The notes beneath the pieces were generated by a model, which did no database searches, had not been told where the DNA came from, and saw only the letters and a list, made by a program, of their open reading frames with translations. The position numbers and the translations under genes were made by a program. A stretch of 64,000 nucleotides of DNA. It comes from an uncultured Bacilli bacterium (GTDB taxonomy: Bacteria > Bacillota_I > Bacilli_A > RF39 > UBA660). Each line of letters begins with the position of its first letter. Positions within the stretch are counted from its first letter, which is position 1. The stretch lies in contig CANPXE010000002.1 of the NCBI GenBank assembly GCA_947585665.1, forward strand, positions 1,820 to 65,819, written 5' to 3'. Positions 38,630-47,127 of this stretch are shown piece after piece.

Positions 38630-39352
38630 CTATACATTTTCATTAATTTTTTGTATCAATTCTTCTTTTAATTTTATGTATTTATTTTGTTGCTTCTCAC
38701 ATATCATATCCTTATTATTACAATCACTATATATATAATCATATTTCATTATTTCTTTCATTGTAAGACTACCATTTTCGTATCCAAAAAGCAAATTAGA
38801 TTGTCTAGAAATATTAAAATGCCCATATTCTACACTAGAGAATACAAATGTATTCTTAACGCTAGGATTTGGAGCTTTTTTTACAAATACTACATACTTA
38901 TCACCTAGAGTAAGAGGAGTCATTCCTCCAGAATAATCTATATATTCATTAGATATTAAATTTACTAAATCATAGATTTTTATATCATTACCCTCATAAA
39001 TACTATGATTACTATCATTTTTGTATATTTTTAATACTTTTGCATTATTAATCAAACTATTTCCATATATTAAAGGTTTATTCTGAACTATTATTTTAAA
39101 TACATAATCTGACTTGTCAAACAAATCATCAATATTACTTATTAATGAATCATTAATAAAAAAACCTTTTAATCTAGAATAATGTCTATACATCGACTCA
39201 GTAGATGTAATAAAGTAATCAGTATTTGAAATATAATCATCGTAACTTATGTGATTAGTTACTTTTTTACCAATGAAAATCATAATAAAGAAAAAAAATA
39301 CAAAAATTAAACAAGAAAATCTTAATATTTTTAATATGTCAACTTTTTTCAT
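38630..39352 (-). CDS. Membrane-anchored extracytoplasmic protein (240 aa)
   Basis: N-terminal TM helix then a soluble domain; overlaps the ABC ATPase stop by 14 nt. Confidence 0.35.
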   Translation of the reverse strand: MKKVDILKILRFSCLIFVFFFFIMIFIGKKVTNHISYDDYISNTDYFITSTESMYRHYSRLKGFFINDSLISNIDDLFDKSDYVFKIIVQNKPLIYGNSLINNAKVLKIYKNDSNHSIYEGNDIKIYDLVNLISNEYIDYSGGMTPLTLGDKYVVFVKKAPNPSVKNTFVFSSVEYGHFNISRQSNLLFGYENGSLTMKEIMKYDYIYSDCNNKDMICEKQQNKYIKLKEELIQKINENV

Positions 39353-39992
39353 TTCGATTTAACACCTTACCATCAACAACATAAAAAATCTTATCACACA
39401 AATAATTTAAATCCTCTTTATTATGGCTTGCCAATAACACTATTTTTTTCTGTTTTTTAAGTTTCAAAATTATTTCATGTAACTTTTTTATTGATGTTTC
39501 ATCTAAACCATTTGTTGGTTCATCTAAAATAATAATTTGTTGATTTTCCATTATTGCTTGTATAATTCTTAACTTTTGTTTCATTCCAAGGGAATATTCT
39601 TTAAATTTTTTATCCTTTGCTTCTAATAAGTCAAACTCTTGTAATAAACTACAAATGTATTGCTCATTATCTTTATTGTTAATTTTATATAACATATCTA
39701 GATTTTGAAATCCTGTTAGATGAGGATAAAAATCAGGATTTTCGATAAGGATTCCAAAATTTCTTAAATCATATTCATCATTAATTATCGAAGTGTCATC
39801 TATTAAAACATCACCAGTTGTTGGATATATCAAACTTGATATTGCTCTAAAAAGCATTGTCTTACCTGATCCATTTCTTCCATAGAATCCATATATTTTC
39901 CCACTTGATAAACTTAAATTAACATTATCTAAAATTACTTTATTTTTAATAATTTTTGTGTAATTTTTAACTACTATTCTCATCTTTAACAC
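39339..39992 (-). CDS. ABC transporter ATP-binding protein
   Basis: Walker A GRNGSGKTMLFRAI, signature SLGMKQKLRI and Walker B IIILDEPTNGLDE. Confidence 0.8.
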   Translation of the reverse strand: MLKMRIVVKNYTKIIKNKVILDNVNLSLSSGKIYGFYGRNGSGKTMLFRAISSLIYPTTGDVLIDDTSIINDEYDLRNFGILIENPDFYPHLTGFQNLDMLYKINNKDNEQYICSLLQEFDLLEAKDKKFKEYSLGMKQKLRIIQAIMENQQIIILDEPTNGLDETSIKKLHEIILKLKKQKKIVLLASHNKEDLNYLCDKIFYVVDGKVLNRNEKS

Positions 39993-40638
39993 CTCCTAAA
40001 TCTATTTTTATGTATAAAGATTTTAATATAAAAATTAATATGATTATAATAAAAAAGTCCACATAATTAATATTATAATTTACATATAATGAAACAAAAG
40101 GAATATAAAAGCATTTGAATGAATTTAATAATACTAAAACAGTGCAAGTCACAATAATAATAGAATATATAAAATTGTCAATAACTAATGCTCCTATAAC
40201 AATTATCATAATCAATAAAAATGTTTCAATGATATACTTAAAGTAAAATATCAAAAAGATTGTTTTTGTTTCTATTGGAAGTTGAAAAATTATTGTAAAT
40301 AAAATAATTTGCACTAAAATTGTAAATGTCCCTAATATAATATGATTTTTAATATTATCCTTAATTATGCTAAAATAATACGTTTTACGATTTTTATATC
40401 TAGGATTCATCTTTATTAGCTTATAATACATATTTTTAGATATTAAAAATATATTTAATATTACAGGAATAAACCAAATAAAGTTATAAATGTTGTTCTT
40501 AGAAAAGTCAATTATAATTTTATAATATGATACATTCATCCAAGATCGCATTTCTAACAAAAATGGAATTTTCATATAACATGTAACTAATATTATTGTC
40601 AAATATATAAATTTTTTCCCATTACTCATTATTATCAT
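39967..40638 (-). CDS. Polytopic membrane protein (putative ABC-2-type permease subunit)
   Basis: 223 aa with about 6 predicted TM helices; sits in an operon with the ABC ATPase. Confidence 0.4.
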   Translation of the reverse strand: MIIMSNGKKFIYLTIILVTCYMKIPFLLEMRSWMNVSYYKIIIDFSKNNIYNFIWFIPVILNIFLISKNMYYKLIKMNPRYKNRKTYYFSIIKDNIKNHIILGTFTILVQIILFTIIFQLPIETKTIFLIFYFKYIIETFLLIMIIVIGALVIDNFIYSIIIVTCTVLVLLNSFKCFYIPFVSLYVNYNINYVDFFIIIILIFILKSLYIKIDLGGVKDENSS

Positions 40639-41305
40639 CTTTTTTCATCATAAGATCTTTTTTAGAATATAGCAAAAGCATTACATTTACCAAAATAATA
40701 TTTAAGATAGTAATGCAAGTAAATATGGTAATACTGTTCGAATAAGTATAATTAATAATATACATATTATTAAAGCTTATATTTAGATTGTTTAAGTAAA
40801 AAAAATTTATATGATCTAAAGGAAAATCTATGCAAATTACAATAAATAGAAAAAATATAATAGAAATAAATCTTTTATCAATAAATATGTCAATTATCAT
40901 AATTATTAATGAAATAGTCAAGCTAACAATTAAGTAGTTTACAATTATAATTAGTATATTTAATAAATATTTAAATGAAACAGGTGCATTTAAAATAACT
41001 ATTACTAAATTAAATACTAAAAAAAATACAGTATTTAAAATAAATTCATAAATTAATGTAGTAATAATTAACTTAATTCTATTTTTATATCTAGGATATT
41101 TAGTTGTAATAAAAATATATTTATATACTAAATAATTAAAAATCAATGAAACAACAATCAAGTAATATCTGAGAGGTGGATTGCTTAAATATCCTAAAAA
41201 ATTTTCAAAAAAATTATTTTTTAAATAATATGAAATAAAAATTGAAACAATACAATTTAATATAAATATTAAAGTTAATTGTTTATTTCTCACTATATAT
41301 TTCAT
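40622..41305 (-). CDS. Polytopic membrane protein (putative ABC-2-type permease subunit)
   Basis: 227 aa, multi-TM; overlaps neighbouring genes at both ends. Confidence 0.4.
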   Translation of the reverse strand: MKYIVRNKQLTLIFILNCIVSIFISYYLKNNFFENFLGYLSNPPLRYYLIVVSLIFNYLVYKYIFITTKYPRYKNRIKLIITTLIYEFILNTVFFLVFNLVIVILNAPVSFKYLLNILIIIVNYLIVSLTISLIIMIIDIFIDKRFISIIFFLFIVICIDFPLDHINFFYLNNLNISFNNMYIINYTYSNSITIFTCITILNIILVNVMLLLYSKKDLMMKKDDNNE

Positions 41306-42114
41306 AAATAATCCTTCTTCCTAATTTGAAGAAGTAATAAGACTATGCAAGATAAAAGTAGGGTTACATATAATAATATTGCATTATATATAGAAAAGGA
41401 TGAAAAAGGTTGTAATTGTCCAATAATAGAATATTTATCTAATTTAAAAATTGATAATATTAATTCATCACCAATCAAAGCTAAAAATGGGAATACATAT
41501 ATAATGATACGTTGTTTTATAAAAAAAGAAATAGCATAAGATAGTGAAGATAGAAGACTAATCAAAAAAGATGTATGAGCAGATATAGACACAATGAACC
41601 AAAAAGGACTAATTAGTCTTAAATTATCAATAAAATAATATTTGTTACTACTTAAGTAAAAACCAGGGCTTTGGAAATATGTTAAAGCATTGCCACTACC
41701 ATATATTTTAGCAAGAACATAATAGTTTAACATAAATCCACAAAAAACAATTACAAATGTGGTGATAAGAATTAAAAAAAATCTCACAAATATTAAAGTT
41801 TTCTTATTTAATCTTGAATAAAGGATATTAGTAATTTTTTTATTATTTTCAAGCCAATTTATATCCGAGAAAATCGTTGAACATAATATTGGTAAAGCTA
41901 TAATAATAACTAGATTAATATTTACATCTAAATTATATAGAATAAATAGATATTCCGCTTTATAACCAATTTCACAAAACAAGTGTAAATTATAATTATT
42001 ATGATAAATAACTAAAAATATATGAACTAGATTAATTAATAATATACCCATTATAGCAAAATATAATTCCTTTTTTCTATATAGATGTTTCAAACTATAT
42101 ATTAATTCCTTCAT
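41302..42114 (-). CDS. Polytopic membrane protein (putative permease subunit)
   Basis: 270 aa, multi-TM. Confidence 0.4.
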   Translation of the reverse strand: MKELIYSLKHLYRKKELYFAIMGILLINLVHIFLVIYHNNYNLHLFCEIGYKAEYLFILYNLDVNINLVIIIALPILCSTIFSDINWLENNKKITNILYSRLNKKTLIFVRFFLILITTFVIVFCGFMLNYYVLAKIYGSGNALTYFQSPGFYLSSNKYYFIDNLRLISPFWFIVSISAHTSFLISLLSSLSYAISFFIKQRIIIYVFPFLALIGDELILSIFKLDKYSIIGQLQPFSSFSIYNAILLYVTLLLSCIVLLLLQIRKKDYL

Positions 42115-42140
42115 ACGAATTCTCCTCTTCTTAATTCAAT

Positions 42141-42168
42141 GTAAACACCAACACTTGTTGGTGTTTAC
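42141..42168. terminator. Strong 12-13-bp hairpin between the secreted-protein gene and the permease genes
   Basis: gtaaacaccaac-actt-gttggtgtttac; lacks a clear T-run, so it may be an attenuator or stabiliser. Confidence 0.3.
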
Positions 42169-42179
42169 ATATTAAATGA

Positions 42180-42623
42180 TTAATTATAGTTAATGTATCC
42201 ATTAGATACACCTTTTTTTGTCAATTTCCATACATGATTTCTAGCTTTAGTTCTCATTTTAGTTCCTATAGAAAATGCTCTTTCATAATTTAAATATCCA
42301 GTATCATCATTTTCCAAGTTCATAATTGTTCCATTTGGTGAATAAACATATTCTTTTTCTTTAGAATCAGTATCTTTATAAACATATCCACCAGCATAGT
42401 ATGTAACTTCGTCAATATTTTGAGCATCAACTATAATTTCACCTTTATTTGTTTTCGTTGCTATAACACCATCACCACGATCAGCTGTTGTTGTAACCCA
42501 ACCTTGGCGTGCAGGTATATCAAAGTAAAACCAAAGCCAATCAGCTGCATGTACACTAACCATTGTTAGTATAGCTACTAATGAAATAGAAACAAAAACA
42601 ATCTTTTTCATATGCTTCTTCAT
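42180..42623 (-). CDS. Small secreted protein (signal peptide, 147 aa), unit B
   Basis: Signal peptide ending VHAADW; GGAGG RBS. Confidence 0.4.
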   Translation of the reverse strand: MKKHMKKIVFVSISLVAILTMVSVHAADWLWFYFDIPARQGWVTTTADRGDGVIATKTNKGEIIVDAQNIDEVTYYAGGYVYKDTDSKEKEYVYSPNGTIMNLENDDTGYLNYERAFSIGTKMRTKARNHVWKLTKKGVSNGYINYN

Positions 42624-42658
42624 ATTATCACCTCCTTTCTTAACATTCTTTGATTTAA

Positions 42659-42689
42659 TCGTTCATAAATCAAAGCAATTTATGAACGA
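42659..42689. promoter_or_regulatory. Perfect 12-bp inverted repeat TCGTTCATAAAT-N7-ATTTATGAACGA, candidate operator
   Basis: Located 36-66 nt upstream of the 42623 start codon, in the promoter region of the small secreted-protein gene. Confidence 0.4.
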
Positions 42690-42843
42690 TTTCATATAGT
42701 AAATATACCTACAATAAAAATTTATCAGTAGATTGATTATCAATAATACATTTTTATTAACATTCTATTTTCTTAAAAACAATTCAAAATTTATTGTTAA
42801 TCGTCCTTTTCCTTTCAACTTCATCATAATACTAAATATTTAA

Positions 42844-42903
42844 AAAAATAAAGAGATGAATCATCACATAAAGGTTATATTCAAAATGTGATTTCTCATC
42901 TCA
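42844..42903 (-). repeat. 59-bp terminator-like repeat, copy 1 (downstream of the secreted 253-aa gene)
   Basis: Identical to 43741..43799; on the minus strand it forms agagatgagaaatcacat...atgtgatgattcatctct plus a T-run. Confidence 0.6.
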
Positions 42904-42960
42904 TCATTATTTTTATTTTATGACAATAGTTAATTATATTTTTTATTAACATAAATAAAC

Positions 42961-43722
42961 TTATAATGTCATATTTAAACCATCCATTTGATCAAATACA
43001 TTTAAAGCTGCACCATAAAATTTAAATACACTACCATAACCAGTTGCAGTTATCGTATACATTTTACTAGTTTCCAAAGTAATACTACTTTTTGAATGTT
43101 GATATGTAGCAAATACTTTTCCTCCTTTTGATAATACATACTTTTGTTCAACTGAAATATTTGTTCCTGATGAATTTAATTTTACTGATACACCAAAACC
43201 ATTGCTTGCTTGTTTTAAGTTAGTAAAATATTCAGTTCCTGCGCTGGATGTAACTTTTGTAGTTATAGTATTACTTGCTAAACTAGTATCTAAAAAACGA
43301 GCTCCAATAACATCATAACTCTTTACACTTGGATTTGATATCCATTTGCAATTTACAATAATCGTGCAGTTTGTAGAACAACTTTTAGCTATTGTAATTT
43401 TCCTATTATATTGAGTAATTTCAGTAGCTAATGGCATAATATTCGAATTATTATATGATTTGATTTCTACTTCGCTATTATCAATGTTCAAATCTTTAAT
43501 CCAATTATATTCTTCTAATGACATTGTTTCAAAATAATCTTTTCCGTAAAAATCGCTTATAAACTGATATTCCTTCTTTGAAACTACTATACCATTGCTA
43601 TTTACAAAACAATCAATAGTTTGTGCCGACACAAATTGAATAGAAATACAAATAATGCAAACAATAAATAGAAAAATCTTTTGCTTTAATTTTTTCATAT
43701 TTTTTCCTCCTTCCAATTCCAT
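42961..43722 (-). CDS. Secreted three-Cys protein of about 253 aa, cassette unit B
   Basis: Signal peptide (VSAQT); KSCSTNCTIIVNCKW block; paralog of 35027..35779. Confidence 0.45.
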   Translation of the reverse strand: MELEGGKNMKKLKQKIFLFIVCIICISIQFVSAQTIDCFVNSNGIVVSKKEYQFISDFYGKDYFETMSLEEYNWIKDLNIDNSEVEIKSYNNSNIMPLATEITQYNRKITIAKSCSTNCTIIVNCKWISNPSVKSYDVIGARFLDTSLASNTITTKVTSSAGTEYFTNLKQASNGFGVSVKLNSSGTNISVEQKYVLSKGGKVFATYQHSKSSITLETSKMYTITATGYGSVFKFYGAALNVFDQMDGLNMTL

Positions 43723-43740
43723 CGTAATATTTTTAAGTCA

Positions 43741-43799
43741 AAAAATAAAGAGATGAATCATCACATAAAGGTTATATTCAAAATGTGATTTCTCATCTC
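43741..43799 (-). repeat. 59-bp terminator-like repeat, copy 2 (between the XRE-TM gene and the secreted 253-aa gene)
   Basis: Identical to 42844..42903. Confidence 0.6.
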
Positions 43800-43809
43800 T
43801 TGTTTATTT

Positions 43810-44919
43810 TTAAGTAAGCATACTTAAATATTCATTTTTAAAATATTCTATCAAATCTTTATTACATTCACCAGTAATGCATTCATTACTATCCAACACA
43901 TAAACAAATTCTTTTATAATCTTTCCATTATCACTAGTTTCTGAGTAAGTTATATCTGGCTTAGAATATGTAAAACTACTTCTATACCCATCAAATACTT
44001 CCTCTACCATGTACACATTAGCATCTACAAAATAGGTATACTTAATTGTTTTATCTTCTCTTTTTTCTTCTAAATAATAAGAATTATCATTGCTGTTAAA
44101 ATCAAAATTATCTTTTATATATGTAGGAATGTTATCATATAAATCATTAATGTCATCTTGTTTCAAAGATGATTCATTTTGTGGAATTATTCTATTATTA
44201 GAATATGATTTAGATAGTTCCAATTTTAAAACTGACATTTCATTATCATTAAATATAATTTCTAAAAACATATTTGAAATTAAATATTTTAAATCACCAT
44301 ACTTAAATTCTGAATCTTTATAATCAGAAACATATGATCCTCCCAAGTCATTTCTCTCATAAAAAGTAATTGTTTTATTACCTTTTGTGTAATATAACTT
44401 TTCAGATATAATATTAACGCCATTATTATTTTCAATATTTCCCAAATTTATATAAACTTTTTCTCTAGATATAACCATTATTCCATTGTGAATAGAAAAA
44501 TTATTGTCATCATAATTAATATCATAAACCATAATTGAATTAAAATTATTTATGAAATAATATGATAAAAAAGATAAAAATAAAATTAAGATTATAATTA
44601 TAGTTATGGATAGATACTTTTTAAAAACTACATTTTTTCGTAGTGCACCAACTGTAACATCACTAATACTTTCAATATTCTCTTTATTTATTCGTTCGCC
44701 TAATATCATTTCATTAATAGTAATTCCAAATATTTTAGACATTTTTATTAATGTTTCAGTGTTTATACTATTTTCACCAAGTTCCCATTTTGATATAGTG
44801 GTTCTATCAACAAATAATTTTTTTGCTAGATCTTCTTGGGTCATATTTTTTTCTTTTCTTAGTTCTACTATAAATTTTCCTATTTTTTTATAGTCCATAT
44901 AATCCATTTTAAACATCAC
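43810..44919 (-). CDS. Membrane-anchored XRE-family transcriptional regulator (HTH-TM-extracellular domain), unit B
   Basis: HTH_XRE (KNMTQEDLAKKLFVDRTTISKWELGENSINTETLIKMSKIF), single TM, about 250-aa ectodomain; about 55% identical to 35896..37005. Confidence 0.65.
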   Translation of the reverse strand: MMFKMDYMDYKKIGKFIVELRKEKNMTQEDLAKKLFVDRTTISKWELGENSINTETLIKMSKIFGITINEMILGERINKENIESISDVTVGALRKNVVFKKYLSITIIIILILFLSFLSYYFINNFNSIMVYDINYDDNNFSIHNGIMVISREKVYINLGNIENNNGVNIISEKLYYTKGNKTITFYERNDLGGSYVSDYKDSEFKYGDLKYLISNMFLEIIFNDNEMSVLKLELSKSYSNNRIIPQNESSLKQDDINDLYDNIPTYIKDNFDFNSNDNSYYLEEKREDKTIKYTYFVDANVYMVEEVFDGYRSSFTYSKPDITYSETSDNGKIIKEFVYVLDSNECITGECNKDLIEYFKNEYLSMLT

Positions 44920-44962
44920 CTACCAAAACTACATATATTTTAACATCAAACAATAACAATTA

Positions 44963-45250
44963 TCAACGATTACTATCATTGTTAAATTTTCTGTCTACAA
45001 AAAATTCTCTAATGTCAACTTCTAAAACACGAGAAATTCTATATAAAACTGCTATACTAAATGACTGAGCTACTTTTCTTGATTCAATATTACCAATAAG
45101 ACTAGTACTTAAATCACACAATTCAGCCAATTTTTCTTGAGTCATCTTTCCATAATAACTATATTTGCTATTATTATGTAATCTAAAATATTTAATATTT
45201 CTACTAACAATATCATAAATATATCTATCATCATTTGGATCAAAATTCAT
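44963..45250 (-). CDS. Small XRE-family HTH regulator, unit B
   Basis: 95 aa; identical to the unit A copy except for the C-terminal tail. Confidence 0.7.
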   Translation of the reverse strand: MNFDPNDDRYIYDIVSRNIKYFRLHNNSKYSYYGKMTQEKLAELCDLSTSLIGNIESRKVAQSFSIAVLYRISRVLEVDIREFFVDRKFNNDSNR

Positions 45251-45545
45251 TCAATATCACATATTTGTATTTTCTCACTTATTGAAGAAAATATTTATAT
45301 TCATATAATGATAAATCTTATATGATAAGTGATAAAAAAGAAGTCAGTATTTTTTATTACTAACATTTACTAAATTTTTATAGTTATTATTTTCATATTC
45401 TTTCATATAGCAAATGCATAATACATGAGTACTATTATACTAACTCTAAAAAGGGTTATTGTAAATTATTTTGAAAATAAAAAAATCTAGTAAAAACTAC
45501 TAGATGTATATGATAAATCGCTATAAAAAGCGAACATTTGTTTTG

Positions 45546-45586
45546 GCAGGGGATAAGTGAATCGAACACTTATCTAAGGTTTTGGA
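45546..45586. repeat. Repeat R, truncated copy 3 (first about 40 bp only)
   Basis: ggcaggggataagtgaatcgaacacttatctaaggttttggaga matches the start of copy 2, then homology ends. Confidence 0.7.
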
Positions 45587-45698
45587 GACCCCTATTTTAC
45601 CATTAAACTAATCCCCTATGCGTTTGATTATACCACAATAATTATGCAAATACAATAACACATTTTTATTTTTAACATAATCTATTATAGGTGATTAT

Positions 45699-46127
45699 AT
45701 GGCTATATTAGACTATACTAATAATGAATTAGATCTAATGGCTAGACTAATGCGTGCGGAAGCTCTTGGTGAAGGGGATCTTGGTATGTTAATGGTAGGA
45801 AATGTCATCGTTAATCGAGCTTTAGCCAACTGTTTAACTTTTAAGGATATAAATACTATTCAACAAGTTGTTTATCAAAATCCCGGCGGATTTGCTGGCA
45901 TAAATAGTAGTCTTTTCAATCACGCTGCAACAACTCTTGAAAAAGAATTAGCTCTTCGTTGTCTAAATGGTCAATATTATTATCCAGCTACTAATGCTTT
46001 ATGGTTCTATTCTCCAACCAAAGGCTCTAACTGCATCTCTTTATGGTACAACCAACAATTAAGTGGTAAATATAAAAATCATTGTTTTTATAAACCATAT
46101 CCTGGTGTCTGTAAAGAATTATATTAA
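45699..46127 (+). CDS. Cell wall hydrolase, SleB/CwlJ (Hydrolase_2) family
   Basis: LMARLMRAEALGEG motif (compare LARLIYAEARGE) and a conserved NALWFYSP core. Confidence 0.6.
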   Translation: MAILDYTNNELDLMARLMRAEALGEGDLGMLMVGNVIVNRALANCLTFKDINTIQQVVYQNPGGFAGINSSLFNHAATTLEKELALRCLNGQYYYPATNALWFYSPTKGSNCISLWYNQQLSGKYKNHCFYKPYPGVCKELY

Positions 46128-46981
46128 ATAGGTATTAATAATCTTTGATTAACTGCTAATTTATTAGAAGTCAAATTATTAATATCTTTTATTTTATCTA
46201 TTGTCGTATTAAATTTTTTCGCAATACTATATAAACTATCTCCTCTTTTAACAATATAAAAATTCTCTTTTGTTTTAGGAACTTTTAATATTTGTCCAAC
46301 ATCTAAAGAATCTGTTCCTAAATTATTTATCTTTATCAATTCATCTACCGTCGTATTATATCTTTTAGCTAAATCATATAAATAGTCTCCCTTTTCGACT
46401 ACATGGATTCGACAATTAACAAAATCTTTATCACCAAAGAAATCAATTATAATATTTACTATATCATCACCATAACTCTTTATTTCTTCACTAGTATCAT
46501 TTAAATTATCATAGCCAAATTCTATTACTACTACTTCCATATTATCTTTAGCTAATCTTTGAATAGCATAATAATCTTTACTATCATCAGTTGGTAAAGT
46601 CTTTGTCTTAACTTCCGTTATAGCATTCAATTTATTATATAAATCCTTATTTATCGCATCATCACTATTTATAGAATAAATAATATCAATACCACTACTC
46701 TTTTCATTTTCAATATGAATTGATAAAACTAAACTCTTTCCCTCAACTTCACTTATAATATTATCTATATATTCATAACGATCATAATTACTCATCGTAT
46801 AATCATCATTTCTTGTTATATAAACTGGAAAACATAAATCTTTTAAACGATTATATATATACTTAGAAAGTTCTAAATTAAAATCTTTTTCATAATTGTT
46901 TCCTTCATAATAACCAATATCTATTCCACCATTTCCTGGATCTATTATAATTGACTGATAACCATTATTCATAAATATCAC
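46124..46981 (-). CDS. N-acetylmuramoyl-L-alanine amidase-like (Amidase_3) domain with two C-terminal LysM domains
   Basis: N-terminal IIDPGNGGIDIG (DPGHGG-like, His replaced by Asn); two LysM repeats (VEKGDYLYDLAKRYNTTVDELIKINNL and VKRGDSLYSIAKKFNTTIDKIKDINNL). Confidence 0.6.
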   Translation of the reverse strand: MIFMNNGYQSIIIDPGNGGIDIGYYEGNNYEKDFNLELSKYIYNRLKDLCFPVYITRNDDYTMSNYDRYEYIDNIISEVEGKSLVLSIHIENEKSSGIDIIYSINSDDAINKDLYNKLNAITEVKTKTLPTDDSKDYYAIQRLAKDNMEVVVIEFGYDNLNDTSEEIKSYGDDIVNIIIDFFGDKDFVNCRIHVVEKGDYLYDLAKRYNTTVDELIKINNLGTDSLDVGQILKVPKTKENFYIVKRGDSLYSIAKKFNTTIDKIKDINNLTSNKLAVNQRLLIPI

Positions 46982-47127
46982 CCTATAAAAATATATGAAA
47001 TAAAATAAGTAAATAATACTTTACTCTAATTCACATAATATTTGGTCAAAAACTTTACAATAGAACACCTTATAATATATAATTATATATATAATAGGAT
47101 TTATAAATTGTTTGTAGAGGTGACTAT

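Noticed and set aside
44090-44893. Plus-strand ORFs (44090..44323, 44606..44893) opposite the XRE-TM gene of unit B
   Set aside because: They are antisense to a supported gene and have low-complexity translations.
29137-45586. Repeat R copies as a CRISPR array or tRNA-derived att sites
   Set aside because: The repeats are about 290 bp, irregularly spaced at about 8 kb and internally structured, not 25-40 bp units with uniform spacers. No cloverleaf tRNA structure or tRNA gene was found next to them.
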